In this document: positions 38,921-48,851 of the stretch, in pieces
How positions within the stretch are numbered: position 1 is the stretch's first letter
Layout: the number at the start of each line of letters is the position of its first letter
Assembly (NCBI GenBank): GCA_964416155.1
Contig: CAYQCW010000005.1
Coordinates: 87,364-151,363, forward strand
Source: an uncultured Nitrososphaerota archaeon
Lineage (GTDB): Archaea; Thermoproteota; EX4484-205; JAAOZP01
Reading direction: 5' to 3'
Length of the DNA stretch: 64,000 bases
Notes under the pieces: generated by a model
Databases searched by the model: none
What the model was told of the DNA's origin: nothing
Seen by the model: only the letters and a program-made list of their open reading frames with translations
Position numbers and translations under genes: made by a program

Positions 38921-39457
38921 TTGAAAATGTCAGGCGATAAGTTTATTTCTTTCCTCGACGAACTCCGTGAAAACATGGAGATAATGGTTCCCTACGTACC
39001 GTCTCCACTTGAGGTCGTCGAAAAGATGTTGGAGCTGGCCTGTGTGACGCCTAGAGATGTTGTTTACGACCTTGGCTGCGGAGACGGCAGGATGCTTATC
39101 GCTGCTGTTAAAAAGTTCGGCGCTAGGAAGGCTGTCGGATACGAGATAAGGAGGGATCTCTACGAGGAGCTTGTCAAAACGATTGAGAGGGAAGGATTGT
39201 CGAAAAGAATAATTGTCTACAACGAAGACCTGTTGAACGCTAACCTTTCTGAAGCCACTGTCCTAACCCTCTTCCTGACGACGACCGCTAACGAGAAGAT
39301 TAAGCCTAAGCTTGAGGCTGAGCTTAAACCCGGGACAAGGATTGTGAGCCACGAGTTCACATTCAAAGGATGGGCGCCTCAAAAAGTTGCTGAACTCTCA
39401 TGGCACAAGATATACCTGTACGTAATACCGGATTGCAACGCGCATTCTAGAAAGTAA
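38921..39457 (+). CDS. Class I SAM-dependent methyltransferase (protein-lysine MTase-like)
   Basis: VPYVPSP, DLGCGDGR, LKPGTRIVSH. Confidence 0.9.
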   Translation: MKMSGDKFISFLDELRENMEIMVPYVPSPLEVVEKMLELACVTPRDVVYDLGCGDGRMLIAAVKKFGARKAVGYEIRRDLYEELVKTIEREGLSKRIIVYNEDLLNANLSEATVLTLFLTTTANEKIKPKLEAELKPGTRIVSHEFTFKGWAPQKVAELSWHKIYLYVIPDCNAHSRK

Positions 39458-39474
39458 ATCAAGCTTAAGGTTTT

Positions 39475-40158
39475 TCACGTTTTCCCTTTCAATAAATCCT
39501 GTCCGAAGGAGCAGTATTCTAGAAGAACGCAGCTCCGGCACAACGGTTTCCTTGCTCCGCAGGTTTTTCTCCCGTGCTCTATGAGTAGAAGGTGCGCCTT
39601 CAAGTAGGAGCCTGGTGGAAATATTTTCATCAGTTTTTCACGAGCCTCCTCGTAACCGTCTCTCAACCCTAGTAAACCGAGCCTGCGGGACACTCGGAAA
39701 ACATGGGTATCTATTGGGAAAGTCTTTTTACCGCCTGCGAAGAGAAGTATTACGTCAGCAGTCTTAGGACCGACACCCGGTAGGCTCATCAACTCCCTCC
39801 TAGCCTCCTCCAGAGGCTTCTCGAAAACTTTCTCAATATTGCCACCATAATTCTTAACGACGATTCTAGCGAGCTTCTTCAAAACTCCGGCCTTAACATT
39901 GTAAAGACCCGACGATCTTATTGCTGACTTCAACTCGCGCAGCCCAGCTTTAGAAATACTATCCGGCGTTATGCCGATCGTCTCCCTAAGCTTCCTGACT
40001 GTTCTAGCCGTATTGACATCGGTCGTATTTTGAGACAGAACGGTAGCTACAAGAATCTCGAAGGCGCCCTTGCCCGAGAGTAGCGGAAAGCTCTCCCTGC
40101 TAAGCCTTATGGCCCCATCCAGCTTCCTCAGAATGGTTTCCCCATCTATTTTCTTCAA
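39475..40158 (-). CDS. nth: Endonuclease III
   Basis: LSQNTTD, LPGVGPKTAD, IDTHV, C-x6-C-x2-C-x5-C. Confidence 0.93.
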   Translation of the reverse strand: MKKIDGETILRKLDGAIRLSRESFPLLSGKGAFEILVATVLSQNTTDVNTARTVRKLRETIGITPDSISKAGLRELKSAIRSSGLYNVKAGVLKKLARIVVKNYGGNIEKVFEKPLEEARRELMSLPGVGPKTADVILLFAGGKKTFPIDTHVFRVSRRLGLLGLRDGYEEAREKLMKIFPPGSYLKAHLLLIEHGRKTCGARKPLCRSCVLLEYCSFGQDLLKGKT

Positions 40159-40241
40159 CGTTTTCAGATGGGGCTACTGCTCTTTAAATTTACAAACCTA
40201 CGGGTTAAAACTTTTATCTCCTAGGCTTCCAATTAAGTTCA

Positions 40242-40364
40242 ATGGGTCTCGAAGAAGGTTTTGAAGATAAGCTGTGTAGAAAGATTGAAGCAAAGCGTAG
40301 GGCTAGGCTCAGGAGAAGAGGCCCATATAGAAAGGCTTCACTCACCTTCAAGCAGAAAGGCTAA
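40242..40364 (+). CDS. 40-aa basic small protein (missing from the ORF track)
   Basis: MGLEEGFEDKLCRKIEAKRRARLRRRGPYRKASLTFKQKG*; AAAACTTTTAT about 25-35 nt upstream. Confidence 0.55.
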   Translation: MGLEEGFEDKLCRKIEAKRRARLRRRGPYRKASLTFKQKG

Positions 40365-40565
40365 GATAAATTAGAAAGCACGTGAAAAATAATTCTGTTA
40401 CACTGCATCCTTATCTGTTGCATATCCAGTTATAAATTAAGAACATGACCCTGAAAAAAGAATGAAACGGATACTAATCTCGTCCTATAAATAGCTCTGT
40501 ATAATGCCCCAGTACCGCAATATATATATCCTCTACAAGCCTATTAAGGAGGTGATAGAGAGAAA

Positions 40566-41447
40566 TTGGGAATGAAGAACTTTGAGCGTATAATTAAACT
40601 CCAATCTGCCATAATAATTATGCTGCTGATATTAACCTCGTTGGTTGGAATTCTAGCGCTTGGCCCTCCTCCATATCCTTCAGCCTCTTGGAGTTATGCT
40701 AGTGGTGGCAATGGAGCATATGCTTCTGGTGCTGAAGCTAGTGCAGACAGGACTACTGGATCAGTTTATACTTGGACTATTTGTGGAGTTAGTGGGCTAG
40801 GAAATGCTTGGGCGTATGCAGATAGTTGTATGATAGACTACTATTCTGTAGGATCTTCGAAAGGTTTATCCAAAGAAGCATTATATGGTATAATGTTAAA
40901 CGTTTACAACGATAGAAAGCTAAAAATCCTGAATAAAATTTTAACGGAATTAGATTCTATTCGTGAAACTACTGAGGATCAATCCATACAAAATGAGATT
41001 GAAAAATCAAAGGAATTCTTCCGTAAGTCGATATCAGAGACTAAAATCGTTCCTCAAATAGATATAGAAGAGAAAAATCCGAAAAACTCCGTTTTATCAA
41101 GCGGAACAAAAGTGGTATATGCAACGTTATATGTAGATCTTTTAATAAGTGAAGCCATCTACTCTTTCAAATTCGGATCAATAACCCATACAGTAACAAT
41201 ATACCTTACGATATATGATGCAACAACGGGAGGAACGGTTACTGGCGACTCGGAATATTTCTCGTCTCCTTGTACTTTTCAGGGATATATAACTCTTAGT
41301 GCTTCTTGGTATGCTCAAAGTGGACACCAATATGTAATATTAGTAGGAGCTCACTCATACTGCTCTATGAGTGGTGGTTTTATCGCTAATGCCGGCGCCT
41401 CAACTTCAAGATCTACTCGTGTTACCTATATTAGCGTAGTGGGATGA
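40566..41447 (+). CDS. AT-rich exported Ser/Gly/Tyr-rich protein
   Basis: Signal/TM at the N-terminus; GGAGGTGA RBS and TATATATA upstream. Confidence 0.75.
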   Translation: MGMKNFERIIKLQSAIIIMLLILTSLVGILALGPPPYPSASWSYASGGNGAYASGAEASADRTTGSVYTWTICGVSGLGNAWAYADSCMIDYYSVGSSKGLSKEALYGIMLNVYNDRKLKILNKILTELDSIRETTEDQSIQNEIEKSKEFFRKSISETKIVPQIDIEEKNPKNSVLSSGTKVVYATLYVDLLISEAIYSFKFGSITHTVTIYLTIYDATTGGTVTGDSEYFSSPCTFQGYITLSASWYAQSGHQYVILVGAHSYCSMSGGFIANAGASTSRSTRVTYISVVG

Positions 41448-41453
41448 TATACT

Positions 41454-41924
41454 ATGTGTCCAGGAGGAAATAAAGGGGATCCGCATGAGAACGTGGAAAA
41501 CTCAAAAATCTTATTGTCTGTTCTGGTTGCTAATGCAATAATCCTCGTAATAATACAGACCTCGGTTTCCTTCAAGCTGTTCGGGTTTTTTGAGAGCATG
41601 TTAGAGATGATGCCTGAAGAAAGTTCCCTCGGGCTTAAGGAACAAATGAGGATCGCATCAATACTTCAATTTCCCATCGCTTTAATCTATACATTTTTCC
41701 CAATTCTAACATACCTTAAGCTGAGGAGAACATACAAGACTGGTAAGTGGAGTGATATGAAAGCATGGTTTAGACTCGTTGGGATTCTTTCTCTAATAAG
41801 CGCATTTGGAATTTTCTTCATCTTCACAATACTAATGTCTTTCTTTGGAGGCTTTATGCTTTTATCTTTTCCATTTCTAGCAACCGGAATAATATTATTA
41901 CGTTCCTTAAAGTATATCAAATAG
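41454..41924 (+). CDS. AT-rich 4-TM membrane protein
   Basis: Hydrophobic segments; directly follows ORF 40566. Confidence 0.7.
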   Translation: MCPGGNKGDPHENVENSKILLSVLVANAIILVIIQTSVSFKLFGFFESMLEMMPEESSLGLKEQMRIASILQFPIALIYTFFPILTYLKLRRTYKTGKWSDMKAWFRLVGILSLISAFGIFFIFTILMSFFGGFMLLSFPFLATGIILLRSLKYIK

Positions 41925-42006
41925 ATTCAATAATCTTTTCAACCTCCTTCTTTAGAAGCATTTGCTACCTAAAGTTTAAAACAGTCGTCTAATCTCTCTA
42001 GCTAGT

Positions 42007-42816
42007 TTGAGCATACAACTGACTTGCGAAATAATCTCCGTTGGGAACGAGCTTTTAATAGGTAAGGTTGTTAACACCAATTCCTCCTGGCTTGCCGAGA
42101 AACTCACTAGGCTCGGCGTCGTCGTTAAAAGGATAACGGTGGTCGGCGACAACTTGGATGAGATATCTTCATGCATCAAAGAAGTACTTTCTAGGAAACC
42201 GTCTTTCATAATAATCACCGGCGGCCTTGGACCTACTTACGATGACATGACCCTTGAAGGACTAGCTATGGGACTCGGTAAAAGGATGGTCCTTCATCAT
42301 AAGGCTTTAGAAATGGTTAAGAGAAAATACGAGGGCATGGGTGAAAGCCTGACCGAGGCGAGGATTAAGATGGCAAGGATGCCCGAGGGGGCGGAGCCAT
42401 TGCATAACCCCGTCGGGACTGCTCCGGCAGCCAAGATCTCCTACGAAACCACCGTTATCTATGCTCTGCCCGGTGTTCCAAGGGAGATGGAGGCGATATT
42501 CAACGAGACTATTTCTAGGGACGTTTCAATGAAATCCGGGTTCAGGGTTACTGAGCTTTCCCTCCGCGTCACCGGTGTCAAGGAATCGTCTTTAGCGCCT
42601 CTCATCAGCAGGGTTAAGGAGCTTTACCCTAACACCTATATAAAATCCCATCCGAAGGTTTCAGAGGAGAAACCTTTGATAGAGATATACTTTAACGCCT
42701 TCAACAGAGACGAGGCGGTCGCCAATAGGCTTGTTCGAGAGGCCGCCGAGAAGCTCATCCGCCTCATCGAGGAAGCTTATGGTAAAGTCGTGAGCCCACT
42801 CGAAGATCCTACTTAA
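42007..42816 (+). CDS. CinA-like molybdopterin-binding-domain protein
   Basis: VGNELL.G...NTN, TGGLGPT.DD.T, LPGVP.EM. Confidence 0.9.
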   Translation: MSIQLTCEIISVGNELLIGKVVNTNSSWLAEKLTRLGVVVKRITVVGDNLDEISSCIKEVLSRKPSFIIITGGLGPTYDDMTLEGLAMGLGKRMVLHHKALEMVKRKYEGMGESLTEARIKMARMPEGAEPLHNPVGTAPAAKISYETTVIYALPGVPREMEAIFNETISRDVSMKSGFRVTELSLRVTGVKESSLAPLISRVKELYPNTYIKSHPKVSEEKPLIEIYFNAFNRDEAVANRLVREAAEKLIRLIEEAYGKVVSPLEDPT

Positions 42817-42949
42817 GTTTCCTAGCTTTGCATAAGCGGTTCAAAACCTCCTTTAAAATGTGCGGGGTCGAAAGGGGGTTCTCGATCATGAACCTCGTTA
42901 TCTCGCTTAGCTCTCCTAAGCGTTACGCTTAAGAGTCACAAATTACTTG

Positions 42950-43895
42950 TAGCAATGGTAAACCCCGGGCTCGAGAAGCGTTTCGTAGATTCGATAGATT
43001 ACCTTAGGAGGATGGACTTCTTCCAGGATTACTCCAACCTTCCTAGAGGAGATTTTAGAAAAGATCTTCAGGGGGGAATCTGTTATCCGATTAGTTGATG
43101 GGACGAGGAGAAGGGGCATTTATATGGAACGTACTTGGTTGTGGATTTCGAAAGGAACAAGACGCTGGATGAAGGCGAGCGATTTCGAAATAGACTGCGA
43201 GCTAGTGCCCTTCGACACCAAGAGGGTCGTATTGGAGGACGTTGAGACAGTCATAAGTGAGAAAACGGGAGAGGTGATGTTAAAGAGGCTCGCTAGGATC
43301 TCTAGAGGCATCTTTCAACTGACGAATATAAGCTCGAAGTGGTTAGCATCGGGGGAGAAGTGGTCGATACAGCAGGCGAGAATGTTAAAACCTTTAGAGA
43401 TTAGATTAAGGGTGTTAAGTAGGATGCTAATCGATACTTGAATAATGCAGAATGGGCCGCTGACTACGTGGTCATAGTCGTTATCTCCCGGCCTCCCTAG
43501 GATGCGCGACGATATGCCACCCCCGATTAAGGTATGGGAGTTTAATAGCGCGCGGGCAAGGAAGAGGAGGAGAAGTTTGGGAAGCCCTTGAAAGAGAAAA
43601 GAAAGAGGCGCGAAGACTATATTAACAGAAGAAATATTTAGAATCGGCGCACTATAATATTGATTGTGACTCAGGCTTAGCACCAGAGCTTAATGGAAGC
43701 AATATGGGCGAGGAAGAAAAATTCGAAGAGATAAAGAAGAGGGGTGAGGCGATAATAGCTGCTTATAAGCTTGCGACGAGCGCCTATAAAAAGAGATTTT
43801 CTTCAGAACTTGAGAAGGAAAATTATAAAAATATCGAGTTCCGTAATGTCACCTTGGAAAACACGGGCTTAAGAGGAGAAAGTAAAAACTGCTGA
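42950..43895 (+). pseudogene. Decayed cassette copy D: two immunity-like gene remnants
   Basis: YLRRMDFFQDYSNL..EEILEKI..LKRLARISRGIF..TNI...W, then FEEIKKRGEAIIAAYK. Confidence 0.55.
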
Positions 43896-43898
43896 GCC

Positions 43899-46800
43899 TC
43901 ATCCAGTTGTTTGAGCAACAAGCTTCTTGGTGAAGGCCTTGTCGAAAACCTTCCTCTGTTTAAACTCCTCCTGCTTCCCCTGATTCCATTGTTCTACAGG
44001 GCGGAGATAGCCAACAACTCTTGAGTAGACCTCAGCTGTTCTTCCACACTTTGGACAAGTATGTTGCTCTCCGGCTAAATACCCGTCCTCAGGGCAGATG
44101 CTGAATGTCGGTGTAAGCGTGAAGTAGGGGAGCTTGAAATTCTCACATATTTTTCTCACTAATACTGCAACCGATTCAACCGGTGGGTTGCTTTCCCCAA
44201 GCCACACGTGTACAACTGTCCCGCCGGTATATCTTGTTTGAAGAGGATCCTGAAGCCTAAGGTAGTCCCAGAGGTCGTCAGTGTAATATACGGGTAGGTG
44301 AGTAGAATTCGTATAATATGGTGCGGCACCCTTCTTAACCTCCTCCTCGTTAGCAACAATGATACTCGGGTAAGTTTTCCTATCTATTCTCGCAAGCCTG
44401 TGGGAAGTACCCTCTGCGGGAGTCGCCTCGAGGTTGAAAATGTTCCCTGTTTCCTCTTGAAAGTCTTGCAGCCTCTTCCGCATGAAGTCTAAAACTTTAA
44501 TCGAGAAGCTGAGCCCCTCTGGGTCGCCGATGGTGCATCCTAGGAAGTTTAAGCAGGCCTCGTTCATGCCTATTAAGCCTATTGTGCTGAAATGATTCTT
44601 CCAGTAGTAGCCGAAAGACTCCTTGATATGTCTCAGGTAAAACCTGGAATACGGGTATAAACCGGCCTCAGTGAATTTCTCGAGCCATTTCCTTTTAATC
44701 TCCAGCACGTCTTTCGCTAGAACCATAATCCTGTCAAGCCTGGCGAAGAACTCTCCCTCGCTCTTCGATAAAAACCCTATCCTAGGCATGTTTATCGTAA
44801 CAACGCCTATCGAATTCCCGCACCAACTGACTCTTCCGTTTCTTCTTACAAACACTGTATGGTTTTTTACTTCACAACAGTACACTTTACCATGATAGCG
44901 AATCTTCCTAACATTTTGTTCTCGTAATCTATAGTGTCTTGACTTTTGAATCCCAATTACATAAACAGTGTTTGAAACCAATTGCCTTCCATTTATTTCC
45001 GAGATTTTTTTCTTCATCTGAGTTATAGTCGCCAGATACCCCAATTTTAGGGCTATTTCTTGTAAATCGTCCGCTAACTTTTTAGAAGAGGTCCAATAGT
45101 TTATTTGACCAGTAGTTTTTCTCACATAGCCATCTCCTTTCACCATCCAGTCAAACAAAATTTTCAACTGTTTTTTATCCAATTTCTTTATTTCTTCTGG
45201 AATGAATTTTGTATACTTATTTCCAAATTGCCTAAGGTAGCTCCATAATTGCTTATTGCAAATCACTAAATTAGTGCCTTCCTCATAATAATTAAATGGT
45301 AATTTCTTCAAAACATTCTTGATTTCTTCTCGTTTCTTTTTGTCAACTTGAGAAATCACTACCCTATAGCCATGTCTCTCAGCTATTTTCTCCTTATCGG
45401 TTGAACCCTCAGCCAGCCAAAAACCAAAGAATTTCAGCCAATCGTTCATTTTTACTTTCAGGCGAGGAGTCATCGATTTTATTTTTACTCTTTCTCGATT
45501 ACCATAACCCCCATCGTTACAAATGTTGAAAACCGTTGCTGGACTACAATCAAAATCTTTCGCCAATCGATAAATACTTTTCCCTTCATTTTTCAATTTT
45601 CTGATAACAGTGAGCTGTTCGGCCGAAAACTTTGATTCCGGACCATTGCCTTGAAGTATTGGTATGGAAGGTAGGACAAAATATTCTTTTCCTTCACCTT
45701 CCCAAATTCCTCCCTTAGGAATACGGTGAGTGTTAGGGTTGAAATCTTTCGCCTCCACAAACATTCTTTTTCCATTGGGAGCATCAACTACCATACGATG
45801 ATTTGGCGTAACCAACAAGTCTAGAGACCTTGACTTGAAATGAATCATTTCACCGTCATAATCATATTCAAAAAGTCTTGTGGGGTGATGTAATTCGATT
45901 TCATTATTTTCAGTTAAGGTGAATACTCTGTCCCTTATAGACAAATCTTTAAATAACTTCCAACCCTTCTCTGTCAAAATTTCTGTGTTTTCATCATAAC
46001 AACCCGTTAGCGGGTTTGCCCCGAAGAGGCCTCCACCCCTTTTTTTCAACTCTCTTTTATCCAGCCTTAAATGGCAGCACATTGAGCGAACATCCTCAGG
46101 ATTCATGTCGGAGTTGACGAAGTTCGCGAAATACGGGATACCGTACTTCGCAGAAGTCTCCAAAACCTTTCTAACAGTTTCATCATCCCAGTTGAAATCC
46201 CTGGTTATGTTTATCGTTGGGATTGGGAAAGTGAAGACTCTTCCGACAGCATCCCCCTCAAGCATCACTTCAGCCAGAGCCCTGTTGAAAACGTTCATCT
46301 CCTCCTGAAAGTCTCCGTAAGTATCGTCTAAAACCTGTCCGCCGATAATAACAGGCTCTTCCTTCATGAAGCTTGGAACCCTTAGGTCGAGTGTCACATT
46401 CGAGAAGGGGGTTTGGAAACCAACCCTTGTAGGTATGTTCATATTGAACATGAATTCTTGAATAGCCTGCTTCACCGATTTATAGTCAAGATTATCGTAT
46501 CTTATGAAGGGTGCCAGGTAAGTGTCGAAGCTTGAGAAAGCCTGGGCGCCGGCGGCCTCGCCTTGAAGCGTGAAGACGAAGTTCACAACATGGCCCAGCG
46601 CCACTCTGAAGTGTTTCGCAGGCCTAGCTGAAACCTTGCCTCTAACACCCCTGAAACCGGTCATTAAAAGGTCTCTTAAATCCCAGCCAACGCAGTAGGG
46701 CCCAAGTATCCCAAGGTTGTGAATGTGGAAATCCCCGTTCAAGTGGGCCTCCCTTATTTCCGTCCTACCCTTGTTGAAAATCCTGTGAAGCCAGTACTGC

Positions 46801-47222
46801 GAGATTACTTGAGACGAAATATGGAAGTTTAAAGCCTGCAGCGAGTAGGTTGTGTTAGCGTTCTCCTTCACCAGCCAACTCTTGTTCTCAAGATAGCTGT
46901 CGACGAACTCCCTTATCTGAGCGTGAAGCGCCCTGTAGAGAATGTATGTTTTAGCAACGTTGTAAAGATTGTTCTCGACAAGCACCTTCTCAACCAGGTC
47001 CTGAACCTGCTCAACGTGAGGAATCTCACCGGGCTTCAGCTGCTTCCCTAAGCGTTCAACAACCTGGTTTGAAAGCCTCTCCGCCAGAGCCCTGTCCTTG
47101 CCGCCGACAGACTTTATCGCCTTCCATATTGCCTCAGTAATCTTGGCCCTGTCAAACTCGACTACTCTACCATCCCTCTTAATTATTTTGCTCGGAATAC
47201 TGCTTGAACCCGTCAGCGACAA
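43899..47222 (-). CDS. nrdD: Anaerobic (class III) ribonucleoside-triphosphate reductase with intein
   Basis: ATP cone IIKRDG, RSMCC, TPAEG, CP..CPKC, YSRVVGYLRP glycyl-radical loop. Confidence 0.96.
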   Translation of the reverse strand: MSLTGSSSIPSKIIKRDGRVVEFDRAKITEAIWKAIKSVGGKDRALAERLSNQVVERLGKQLKPGEIPHVEQVQDLVEKVLVENNLYNVAKTYILYRALHAQIREFVDSYLENKSWLVKENANTTYSLQALNFHISSQVISQYWLHRIFNKGRTEIREAHLNGDFHIHNLGILGPYCVGWDLRDLLMTGFRGVRGKVSARPAKHFRVALGHVVNFVFTLQGEAAGAQAFSSFDTYLAPFIRYDNLDYKSVKQAIQEFMFNMNIPTRVGFQTPFSNVTLDLRVPSFMKEEPVIIGGQVLDDTYGDFQEEMNVFNRALAEVMLEGDAVGRVFTFPIPTINITRDFNWDDETVRKVLETSAKYGIPYFANFVNSDMNPEDVRSMCCHLRLDKRELKKRGGGLFGANPLTGCYDENTEILTEKGWKLFKDLSIRDRVFTLTENNEIELHHPTRLFEYDYDGEMIHFKSRSLDLLVTPNHRMVVDAPNGKRMFVEAKDFNPNTHRIPKGGIWEGEGKEYFVLPSIPILQGNGPESKFSAEQLTVIRKLKNEGKSIYRLAKDFDCSPATVFNICNDGGYGNRERVKIKSMTPRLKVKMNDWLKFFGFWLAEGSTDKEKIAERHGYRVVISQVDKKKREEIKNVLKKLPFNYYEEGTNLVICNKQLWSYLRQFGNKYTKFIPEEIKKLDKKQLKILFDWMVKGDGYVRKTTGQINYWTSSKKLADDLQEIALKLGYLATITQMKKKISEINGRQLVSNTVYVIGIQKSRHYRLREQNVRKIRYHGKVYCCEVKNHTVFVRRNGRVSWCGNSIGVVTINMPRIGFLSKSEGEFFARLDRIMVLAKDVLEIKRKWLEKFTEAGLYPYSRFYLRHIKESFGYYWKNHFSTIGLIGMNEACLNFLGCTIGDPEGLSFSIKVLDFMRKRLQDFQEETGNIFNLEATPAEGTSHRLARIDRKTYPSIIVANEEEVKKGAAPYYTNSTHLPVYYTDDLWDYLRLQDPLQTRYTGGTVVHVWLGESNPPVESVAVLVRKICENFKLPYFTLTPTFSICPEDGYLAGEQHTCPKCGRTAEVYSRVVGYLRPVEQWNQGKQEEFKQRKVFDKAFTKKLVAQTTG
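44814..46001 (-). mobile_element. Intein (396 aa) with LAGLIDADG homing endonuclease
   Basis: LTG|CYDENTEILT...LVTPNHR...FWLAEGS...VKGDG...VRRNGRVSWCGN|SIGVVT; sharp rise in AT content. Confidence 0.95.
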
Positions 47223-47428
47223 TCATAATCCACTCCGGTAAGACGATAAAAAAAAGAAAATTTATTGAAACTCCAGACGTCAGAAAGCTTCCGCCCAACT
47301 CTTTTCACTCCCAACTTTAACAGTGGCATGCTTCCGACTCTTTAGCATATAAATTTTGTCTGAAAAATTTTTGATAATGAAAAGCCCGTCATGACTTTAG
47401 AAAAACCGGTTAAACCGCCACTGGCCAT

Positions 47429-48340
47429 TTGAAACCTGAAGAAAAAGGAGCCGCCCGACTAAACGGGATGCGGGGGAAAGTTTATCCGTTTCCTTTCCAG
47501 CGTAAAACGGTAGAAGAAGCGTTGAACACGGCGACAGCAACCATCATAATGCTCTACGTGGCAGCGGGACTGCTGGCAATCCTATTGGCACCGATATACG
47601 TTGCTGATCAGCTAACCCTGTTCGAAAACCCTGAGAACCCGGTTAACATCCTCTACTTGATGCTCACAATAGTCGTGGTCTTCATAATAATCCTTATCAT
47701 CGTCAAGCTGCGCTTAGAAATATTGTTTAAAGGGCTTTTCTACTTCAGCGCCTTCACGGTTCTAACGATAACGATAAGCGTTATTCTCCCGGATTCACCA
47801 CTCTGGCTGGCCGTATCAGTTTTAGCATCCGTCTCAATAATGATCATGCTTAACAGGTTTTACAAGTGGTATGTTGCTGACGCTGTGGGCGTTTTCCTAA
47901 GCGCAAGCATAGCAGCCTGGTTCGGAGCATCCCTCACGCCGCCAGTCCTAACAATACTCCTACTGTTAATGGCTGTTTACGACTATTTCGCGGTCAGATC
48001 CGGGGGGATGGTGAGCCTCGCTGAGAAAACGCTGAAGATGAACCTTCCGACGATGGTGATGTCGCCGGTGAAAGAAGTGCCGAAGGATTTCAAGGCCAGT
48101 AACGGGGAGAGGAAGGGGGCGTTCCTCGGGCTGGGAGACCTAGCCTTCCCAAACATGCTTACAGTATCCACCTTCCTTGAAACAAGCCCCGTGGCAGCGA
48201 TGATAGTTTTAAGCTGCGGCACGTTTGGGCTGATAGTAGTCTTATACGCGGTGCGGCGATTCAAAAAGCCTCAGCCAGGATTGCCATATATAGGTCTTGG
48301 AGCAGCCTTAGGCTGGATCGCTTCTAAAACCCTGGTTTAA
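47429..48340 (+). CDS. Presenilin/SPP-like GxGD intramembrane aspartyl protease
   Basis: VYD, LGLGD, QPGLP. Confidence 0.92.
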   Translation: MKPEEKGAARLNGMRGKVYPFPFQRKTVEEALNTATATIIMLYVAAGLLAILLAPIYVADQLTLFENPENPVNILYLMLTIVVVFIIILIIVKLRLEILFKGLFYFSAFTVLTITISVILPDSPLWLAVSVLASVSIMIMLNRFYKWYVADAVGVFLSASIAAWFGASLTPPVLTILLLLMAVYDYFAVRSGGMVSLAEKTLKMNLPTMVMSPVKEVPKDFKASNGERKGAFLGLGDLAFPNMLTVSTFLETSPVAAMIVLSCGTFGLIVVLYAVRRFKKPQPGLPYIGLGAALGWIASKTLV

Positions 48341-48614
48341 AAAGCCTAGAACCCGCGTTAAGCAATCCTTTAAAAACATCGTGAAATCCTACTTTTCAGC
48401 ACGCATCAACCTGTTTCATCACACTAGGAATTGTCGGAGACGCCAGCTTATAGCGCGCTCACGCGTTCTATTCACTATGTTTTCAAAAATCATTAGGCCT
48501 GCTATTCTAAGTATTAAAGGCCCCCGCACTAGGATAAATCCCTCAAAGCAATCATAGTGCATTACTGCAACATTCTAAATTTAGATGCAGAGAAAAATCT
48601 GATCCGCTTAAAGG

Positions 48615-48851
48615 CTACTCTACAGTTTCCACAGTTATTGCCTGAACTGGACAAGTATCCCTAGCAGACTGAGCGCAGTCAGCAACACTATCGTCAATAA
48701 CACCCTCCGAGCCGCAGCATGAAGACCTATACTTGGAAACAACCTGACTCTTATTTTCCTCGTCCGGCTCGAAAACGTCGGGGCAGGTGGAATAGCAGAC
48801 TCCGCAGGCTATGCAGGTGTCCTTATCAACTTTAACTCTATACTGGGTCAT
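48615..48851 (-). CDS. Ferredoxin (single cluster)
   Basis: CIACGVCYSTCP...CPVQAI; likely start ATG 48851. Confidence 0.92.
   Translation of the reverse strand: MTQYRVKVDKDTCIACGVCYSTCPDVFEPDEENKSQVVSKYRSSCCGSEGVIDDSVADCAQSARDTCPVQAITVETVE

Noticed and set aside
48390-48425. Possible C/D box sRNA (GTGATGA...CTGA, minus strand)
   Set aside because: No second C'/D pair at suitable spacing
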